A DNA stretch of 46,122 nucleotides from the NCBI RefSeq assembly GCF_004010195.1, contig NC_057752.1, forward strand, positions 6,398,044-6,444,165. The letters run 5' to 3'. How positions within the stretch are numbered: the first letter of the stretch is position 1; each line of letters begins with the position of its first letter. Shown piece by piece: positions 12,496 to 46,122 of this stretch. This stretch comes from Chiloscyllium plagiosum (taxonomy: Eukaryota). The notes below the pieces were generated by a model. It had not been told where the DNA came from. It saw nothing but the letters and a program-made list of their open reading frames with translations, and did no database searches. The translations under genes were made by a program, and so were the position numbers.

Positions 12496-13708
12496 AAAAC
12501 CTGATCACTGCTGCAAGTGTCTTATTGTTAACATGCACCTAACCCTGTTGCTGTAAAGCACCCCGATGAAAAAGTGTAATATAACGCAAAGTTTTGTGGC
12601 TGTTGACAGAAACATAGTTGCAGATATGGTGTACAATTTGGGGTGATCTATTTCAGTGATTAAATGCAGCGATTGGGCAACTTCAATTCACTCTGTTTGT
12701 CAGCTTACAGATATACCTGATCCAGCTAAAACAGCAGTTGATATGCAAGGATTGTTTTTATTGATACCAATAATGAGAACCTGAAGTCATCATTGATTCA
12801 AGCATGTCCCTTTATCAATTCTTCTCTATATTTAACAAGTATGCAGCGAGTAAAGAAAACTGGTTTCCAGCGGTTGAAGGGTTAAACAAACTGAAGACAA
12901 TCTGCAAAACCAAAAAGTGGCAATAGCAGTATTTTGGATTATAAATGTGCAGAATCTGAAGTTCAAGACAGAGTTAAATAAATACAGTATTTGAAGGAGA
13001 ATAAAATGAGACGATTGGGCGATACTGGATTGCTGTTCAAAGAGCTAGTTTGAACTCTGGGCCAAAACAACCGCCTCCTGTGCTGCACAATTCTATTTGT
13101 GGATACGTGGCAGGAGGTGTGATGCATTGGTGGTTTAAGCATTTTCTATAGAGAATGGAAGCTTAGAAGGCGTGCCCAATCTCTGCAGGTGAAAGTGAGA
13201 AAATACCAAATCCATTGATATCAGATTATAGGTCTTGCCAACTGTGGTATTTCTCAAAACGTTTCAGTGGAATCTGCTAATAACCCACTGCCTAGACAAT
13301 GTACTTTCAACTTTATGCAAAAACAAAAACGTATTCCAATTCTTTTGCTGCTGCAATTTTATAATGGAGTCAGCGTGCCAAACATTCCTCAGACAACGCT
13401 TAATTCTAAAACCCAGTTAATGACAGAACACTGAATCTGCCACTACTGGGAAGCTCAAGGTTTTAAATCATCCAACACTGTTATGCTACAGTGCAAATAG
13501 TTATACTTTATTTACTATAGAAAACTCTTCTGGGTTTTATTTGAAGTATAGACTAAATTTAGATTGCTGTATAGGTTTTCTGCTGAGCTTCAGATTCAAA
13601 CAGACCCAAAAACAGAATGCTAACAGTCAGCATTTCATAATTCTGGAAAACTGGCTCACCAGAGTGAAGTGATTTAACCAACTGCTGCAATTTATGGAAC
13701 TCCCAACA

Positions 13709-13819
13709 CAGAACAACGCTGATTAGCCAAACGACACCGGCGGGGAGTAGTTTGTTCAGATAATCGAATGTTTGGATGATATTCGGTCGTCCGAAATTCG
13801 GATAACAGGGGTTACTCTG
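13709..13819. mobile_element. Tc1/mariner-pogo (Tigger-like) MITE
   Basis: Imperfect terminal inverted repeats CAGAACAACGCTGATTAGCCAAAC / revcomp CAGAGTAACCCCTGTTATCCGAAT; TA on the right flank; related end at 30780. Confidence 0.55.
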
Positions 13820-14067
13820 TATACATTTACATATACAAGTTCCCCAACAGCAAAGACATTTCGCCATTGTCTGCTAGAATGGTTTCTGTCGTCAGTTATA
13901 ATTTTGACCAAAATAGTACAAAAAACTGCCGCAGAATTCACTAACAAAACAACTTGAGTTCTACACGTGGGCCTGCCCAGGGAGCCCATGCTTTGGTCTC
14001 CAGGGCACATTCAGACAGCCAGTGACAATGATCCAGCGGAATCCCTGAGACTCTTCAGGACGCTTGC

Positions 14068-14190
14068 CACAGAACTCAAAACATTAACTCTGCTTTCCCT
14101 CCAGTGATGCTACAAGACATGCTGGAGTTTCTCCAGCTATTTGTTTTTGTTTGTCCCAGATCCCCATCATCTGCAGGTTTGTTTTATTAT
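14068..14190 (+). mobile_element. Old PLE 3' tail fragment
   Basis: aaacattaactctgctttc...atctgcag resembles the post-hammerhead tail also seen at 41617-41675. Confidence 0.45.
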
Positions 14191-15059
14191 AAACTGGGGC
14201 ACAAATTATGGACAAGTTCATAAAAGTCTACAACTTAAAAGTCTTTTGTAAGACAAATCAATGAAAGCCAACCAGGGTAGATTTAAAATAGAAGCTGTAC
14301 TTGACAACTACGTTGGAAAAATTGGTCAAATAAAAAAAATTGATGAGTACAAGAGGACATACTATTAAAACAACAACAGGAGATATACAGGGCAAAATTC
14401 ACCAAGGATAAGAAATTGCTCAGGTGGAAAGACTGGAGAAACTCAGCTTATTTCCACAAGGCCATGGGAATTTTTAAGAGACAATTCAAAATCTTGTGAG
14501 ATAGAACTAAGTTCCACCAGTTGGAAAGTTAGTGTTGAACTGTCGCAAATTTAAAATTGCTACCAAAAGACAAGAGCTTGAGAGAAATTCCTATCAAAAG
14601 TTGCAAAAGACCAACTACCTCCAGTTGCAAAGTTTCCATTCAGGACAAAAGGCATCTGAAAAGCATTCCTTCCTAACTATCCACAAATATTGGTTCTCCT
14701 TAAAATGAGAAAAAACCCTCATTGCTCACAATTTTTTATTCAATGATTTAAAATGTTTTGACTGAATAGCCGAAGTACCCAGCTGCATCACGAATAACGC
14801 TAATTTGCCACCAACAGCATATCCAGGGTTAACATCAGATCAAAGAGATGTACAAGGAAACATTGCAGTCTATGAAATGCTGTGCAGACCAAGGAGATAG
14901 CTACTGTATAGTTCGGATACAAACAAGTTGAAAGCATTACCATGACAATTGCAATGGACAAATCTTCCAATGCCAAGAACTATATAGCATCACCAAAAAC
15001 TACCTAAAACCATGGAAAGCTTTAGGGATCAGAAGCCATTGTAGTAATGATGGAGAAGT

Positions 15060-15119
15060 GACAGTAAAACAGATAAAGTAAGACAAACCAAGTACAGGAT
15101 TAATATTCAGTTATTTATT
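15060..15119 (-). terminator. Polyadenylation signal AATAAA with downstream GU/U-rich element
   Basis: Minus-strand AATAAA at 15119-15114, followed about 20-55 nt later by CCTGTACTTGGTTTGTCTTACTTTATCTGTTTT. Confidence 0.6.
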
Positions 15120-16376
15120 TAATCCCCCACAGTGACCCAAAACAAATCATGGTATTACACTGAGCTCCTATCTCACACAAACACACAAAGTCATTGACGG
15201 CAAGGGCTAGCACAATAAGAGTCCTTATACCAGCTTTGTATGCATGCTGCATACTTTTTTTTGGTTGTTTTAAATTTAAAAAAAAGGGTAGGGATAGCAT
15301 TTTCAAATATCAACAGAACGATTGCCATTCTTTTATAAGACACCAACAAAAAAAAAAATCAGGCAGAACCACAATTTGTTGTATTACAACATCAATCTGA
15401 TCAATTCAGCCTGCACCCACAAGTGCACTTACAATCCTGCAAATCAGATCAGCAATAGTGAAAGTTCACCTTGCTCCCAAACAAAAAAAAAAGTCTCGGC
15501 ACTCTGAACTGAGATTATGGACATGGGCTCTGAACTGGCTTGGTATCAATAGTTACTTGGCCCATTATTCACACAGGGTTAGAATTAAATTTAAATATTC
15601 ATTTTTTTCTTTATAAAACGAACTGCCTCACCTCCTGGCAATCTCTAAATCGTTCCGAATAGTCGGAGATATAATCAATAATCATTTTGCAACGTACGTT
15701 TCAGTTTATCCTGAGCTGTTTCGAGTCTACTGAAAACTCTACTGGAGAAAAGACCACCCAAATTTGCAGCATTTTTTTTCCTTTATAACCACAATAGATA
15801 TTTGGGGAAACAAGCAACATTTCATAAAACAGGATACAAAAAAATGGCATAAACTGACTTCTAATAATCTATACAGTTTAAAATGGTTTAATTCAGAACT
15901 CAACACCCCCAACCGTATGCAGGTCTGTTCAATCAGAACCAAATGGCTATAATGCTGTCTCAACGAACATTAACAGCTGACAGTTGGGTGACTGTACCAA
16001 CACCCACGGGAACCTACTACAATGCAAACAAAAATGAGGCTTGGTTAGGGTTTGAGTCAAGGGGAAAGAATATAAATTTTACAGATATCTTTCAAGCTGC
16101 AGTACCAATTACTCTCACCTCAGTTTGCTCATTTGGATAGAAAATATAAAACCATACAAATAGCACAAAGTATTTTTTTTTGTTTTTATTTTTTGGAAGT
16201 AGTCTGCAGTCATAAATGCGAGTCCTGTGGTCCTCCCTCAGTGTAAGAATATAGGAGCTGGTGAAAAGGTCCCACGAGCTGCACACTAAACAGCGCTGGG
16301 GGATGGGGCTCGCTGTCAGGTACAGACAACTATGTCAAAGGTCAGGTCAGTTCTGGGGTTTACAGGTTACAAGAGG
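15095..16376 (-). other. PA2G4: Probable PA2G4 3'UTR (about 1.3 kb)
   Basis: Repeat-free, U-rich minus-strand sequence between the stop codon and the AATAAA at 15119-15114. Confidence 0.6.
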
Positions 16377-42309
<25,933 letters not shown>

Positions 42310-42360
42310 TCACCCTCCCGCCCACCGCCTTTCCCAACACCAATCCGCACCATCGTGCCC

Positions 42361-42375
42361 CCTGGGAAATGTAGT
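42361..42375 (-). promoter_or_regulatory. ZNF143/THAP11 (ACTACAnnTCCCA) motif
   Basis: Minus strand reads ACTACATTTCCCAGG. Confidence 0.75.
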
Positions 42376-42427
42376 CCCGCGCCGCAGCCGTCTCTGGCTT
42401 TTATAATAACAATCGTGAAGATGCAAA

Positions 42428-42452
42428 ACTACATCTCCCGGAAGGCATCGCG
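42428..42452 (+). promoter_or_regulatory. ZNF143/THAP11 composite motif
   Basis: Plus strand reads ACTACATCTCCCGGAAGGCATCGCG. Confidence 0.75.
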
Positions 42453-43341
42453 ACAGCAGCGCATGCGGAGTGGGGCGGCATTTGCCGCTGTCCGTCGAGT
42501 GATTTTTTTTACTTCACGTTTTGTCAGATTTGAAGTTCGAACTGTTCTCAACCCCACCCCCACGAAACTGTAAACGGCCTGAATAAGAGTGGAAGAACCA
42601 TCGAACTGTAAGCCCAAGTTAAACCTTATCACAATCTTATAGTTCTTTTTACATTTATAGGAGAATGACAAGTAGCTCCATCTTAAACAGTTAGTGGAGA
42701 ACCTTTTTTTGTCATTAGTAAGATTCATTATGGCCTGAATAAAACCAAAGTGATAGTTGATTTACCAATTACCACTTTGTAAGAGTGATATTTAATATGT
42801 ATGAAAAAAGTTGTATGCGGTTTTCAATCGTTTTTTTTTCCGGCGGGAGATGCCGTCAAAACTCGTGTCCTAAAGTTCAAAAAGATAATGTCAGGTACTG
42901 AAAGGTTATTTTTGGAACAACACAATTAATAGAATACAGCCACAAACTTCTAACGACTGAGGGCAGGGACTGTCATCTTGAGCATCTGTTGTAATATTCA
43001 ATGCAGTGACTTATATTGCATCAAAATATGTCATTTGTCTAACAACAAACACAATTTTGCTTCATTGTGATGACCATAAGACGTTCCATTAAAAGTGTCA
43101 TAATCACGTTGTTTACAGAGAGGACATAAATTCAGATCTTGGAACCATCTGTTCAATAAACTCAGTTACTACAAGTTTGTACAGGGAGAAGTACTAGATC
43201 TGCTACAGTAAAACCTTTCAATGTTTTTTGTAAATGCTAAGAATATCCGAAATAGAAGCAGCTGTAGGTCATTCAGACCACTGATTTCTGCCGATTTGAG
43301 AGATCATGACTGAACCTACACCACTTGATGCTTATCCTTTG

Positions 43342-43649
43342 ATTAGATTAGACTTGCTACAGTGTGGAAACATGCCCTTCAGCCCAATAAGTCCATACCG
43401 ACCCTCCGAAGAGTAACCCACCCAGACCCATTTTCCTCTGTTTAATGCATCTAACACTATGGGCAATTTAGCATGGCCAATTCACCTGACCTGACTGTGG
43501 GAGAAAACCCGGGCACACGGAGGAAACCCATGCAGACACAGGGAGAATGTGCAAGCTCCACGCTGATAGTCACCCAAGGCTGGAATCGAACCTGTATCCC
43601 TGGTGCAGTGAGGCAGCAGTGCTAACTACTGAGCCACCATGCTGCCCAC
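43342..43649 (-). mobile_element. HE1/V-SINE-like tRNA-derived SINE (near full length)
   Basis: Minus strand GGCAGCATGGTGGCTCAGTAGTTAGC (A box)...GGTTCGATTCC (B box), V-domain-like core, (TCTAA)n tail. Confidence 0.88.
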
Positions 43650-43675
43650 TGATCTAACAATCCCAATTCCTCACA

Positions 43676-44488
43676 TTAGGAGAAAATGAGGACTGCAGAT
43701 GCTGAAGATCAGAGTCAAAGAGTGTGATGCTGGAAAAGCACAGCTGGTCAGGCAACATCCAAGGAACAGGAGAGTCGACATTTTGAGCATAAGCTTTTCG
43801 TCAGGAATGGCGGGGGGTGGCCCAAGGGGGGATGAGAGATAAATGGGAGAGGTGTGGGGCTGGGGGGAAGGTAGCTGGGAGTGCAAGAGGTAGATGAAGG
43901 TGGGGGTGAAGGTGATAGGTCATAGAGGAGGGTGGAGCAGACAGGTGGGAAGGAAGATGGACAGGTAGGACAGTTCAAGAAGGCAGTGCCAAATTGGAAG
44001 GTTGGATCTGAGATAAGGTGGGGGAGAGGAAATGGGGAAACTGGTGAAATCCACATTGATCCCATGTGGTTGAAGGGTCTCAAGGCGGAAGATGAGGTGT
44101 TCTTCCTCCAGGCGTCGAGTGGCTATAGCTTGGGGGTGGAGGAGGCCCTGGACTTGCATGTCCTTGGCGGAGTGGGAGTGGGAATAAAAGTGTTCGGCAA
44201 CAAGACAATAGGGTCGTTTCTTGTGGTGGCAGGGGAAGGTGCTGGGGTGGAGGGTGTGGACCTAGCAAGAGAGTCGTGGAGGGAATGGTCTCTCTGGAAC
44301 GCAGATAGGGATGGGGAGGGAAATGTATCCCTGGTAGTAGGGGTCTGTTTGTAGGTGGCAGAAATGGCAGAGGATGATGCAATGTATCCAGACGTTGGTG
44401 GGGTGGAAGGTGAAGACCAGGGAGGTTCTGTCTTTCTGTCCTGTGCTGGAGGGCATCGTCGACCACATGGGAGGAGAAATTGTGGTGA
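43676..44488 (-). mobile_element. Neptune-type PLE 3' fragment with decayed hammerhead (43773-43808)
   Basis: TRRLEEEHLIFRLETLQPHGINVDF; LVFTFHPTN; core CUGACGA...AAAAUGUC (GAAA mutated). Confidence 0.85.
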
Positions 44489-44765
44489 TTAGATTAGATT
44501 CCCTACAGTGTGGAAAGAGGTCCTTCGGACCAACCAGTCCACAATGACTCTCCGAAGAGTAACCCACCCAGACCCATTTCCCTCTGACTAATGCATCTAA
44601 CATTATGGGCAATTTACCTGACTTGCACATCTTTGGACTGTGGGAGGAAAGCGGAGCACCCACAGGAAACCCACACAGACACAGACAGTCACCTGAGGCT
44701 GGAATCGAACCTGGGACCCTTGTGCTGTGAGGTAGCAGTTCTAACTGCTGAGCCACCGTGCTGCT
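44489..44765 (-). mobile_element. HE1/V-SINE-like SINE
   Basis: tRNA head with A and B boxes, internal deletion, (TCTAA)n tail. Confidence 0.88.
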
Positions 44766-44769
44766 CCAT

Positions 44770-45610
44770 TATCATTGTTTCTTTTGCCAACAGTCTTAAA
44801 TCAGTGTCCTCCAGTTCCTGATGCTTTCTCCAATGGGAACAATTTCCTCCATCTACTCTTGTCCAGACCCCTCATGATTTTGAATATCTCTCTCAAATCT
44901 TCTTTCAAACTTCCCTAAAGAGAAGAGTGCCATCTTCTCCAATCAATCCTCTTAAATGAATTTTCTCCTCCTGGGAATAATTATTGGAAATATTTTCTCC
45001 GTCTTCTCGAGTGGCTTCACATCACAAAATCACAAAATTGTTCTGGTGCAGAGGAGGCTATTTGGCCCATCATGTCTGCAAACATATCTGCTTTAACTCT
45101 CTGTGTGTTTTGACTCAGTGCCAATCCCTTGTATTATCCCCATAGCCAACTTGTTGTTTCTATTTAAATAACCATAAAATGCCCTCTTGAATCGCTGAAT
45201 TGAACCTGCTTCCAACACACTTCCAGACAGTGTATTCCAGGCTCTAATCACTCACTGTGTGCAAAAATATTTATCATCTTGCACTTACTTCTTTCACAAG
45301 CCACTTTAAATCTGTGCCATTTGGTTCTCAATCTTCTTATGAGGGGGAATAGTTTCTCCCTGTTTTCTCTGTCCAAATTCCTCGTGATTTTAAAAACTTC
45401 TTTCAAAAACCTGTTTTCCTTGGAGAGGAAAACAGTCCCAACTTCTTCATAACTGAAATATCTCATCTCTGGAATCATTCATGTATACTTCTTCTGTATG
45501 TTCTCCAGCATGTTCACATCCTTTTTAAAGTTTTCAGTCTAGAACTGTGAACAGTACTTCTGCTAAGATTGAACTAGTATCTTGTATAAGTTCAGCATAA
45601 CCTCTCTTCT
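44770..45610 (-). mobile_element. Decayed CR1 LINE 3' fragments
   Basis: MIPEMRYFSYEE...KEVFKI...REKLFPL..LRTKWHRFK remnants. Confidence 0.7.
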
Positions 45611-45631
45611 CTTGGATTTTGGATTAGTGGT

Positions 45632-45877
45632 GGGCATGAAAAATCTTTGGCGGATAGGATCAAGGATAACCCAAAGGCATTTTATGCGTATGTGAGAAAC
45701 ATGAGAATGATGAGAACGAGGGTAGGTCCGATCAAGGACAGTAGTGGGAGACTGTGTATTGAGTCGGAAGAGATAGGAGAGGTCTTGAATGAGTACTTTT
45801 CTTCAGTATTTACGAATGAGAGGGACCGTATTGTTGAAGAGGAGAGTGTGAAACGGACTGGTAAGCTAGAGGAGATA
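45632..45877 (+). mobile_element. CR1 ORF2 internal fragment (young)
   Basis: LADRIKDNPKAFYAYVRN...IGEVLNEYFSSVFT. Confidence 0.85.
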
Positions 45878-46122
45878 CTTAGATTAGATTACTTACAGTG
45901 TGGAAACAGGCCCTTCGGCCCAACAAGTCCACACCGACCCGCCGAAGCGTAACCCACCCATACCCCTACATTTACCCCTTTACCTAACACTACGGGCAAT
46001 TTAGCATGGCCAATTCACCTGACTTGCACATCTTTGGAGTGTGGGAGGAAACCGGAGCACCCGGAGGAAACCCACGCAGACACGGGGAGAATGTGCAAAC
46101 TCCACACAGTCAGTCGCCTGAG
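45878..46122 (-). mobile_element. HE1/V-SINE-like SINE, cut by the window end
   Basis: Homologous to 43342-43649. Confidence 0.88.

Noticed and set aside
43575..43649. tRNA-like A and B boxes (also at 44695-44765 and 4925-4981)
   Set aside because: These are SINE heads, continuous with the SINE body and tail, not tRNA genes.

Overview
Vertebrate nuclear DNA, most likely from a cartilaginous fish (shark). This is inferred from the repeat content: HE1/V-SINE-like SINEs, CR1-type LINEs, Deu-domain-like SINEs and Penelope-like elements. The window holds one complete protein-coding gene on the minus strand, PA2G4/EBP1. It has 13 coding exons (ATG 42276 to TGA 16377, 395 aa, or 394 aa with the alternative exon-12 donor), all introns GT-AG, a CpG-island promoter with two divergent ZNF143/THAP11-type motifs, and a 3'UTR of about 1.3 kb. 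The rest is mostly decayed retroelements. The most striking non-genic signal is a set of Penelope-like element (PLE) insertions from at least three families. Seven form inverted (head-to-head) dyads of 0.12-1.3 kb flanked by 12-16 bp target-site duplications, and most carry minimal type-I hammerhead ribozymes. About a dozen intact or decayed ribozyme motifs are present, two intact ones on the PA2G4 pre-mRNA strand. Intron 6 also contains what looks like a degenerate duplicate of exon 7 with a good acceptor and an in-frame stop (candidate poison exon). No prokaryotic-type systems or CRISPR arrays were seen. All calls were made by eye, without database searches.
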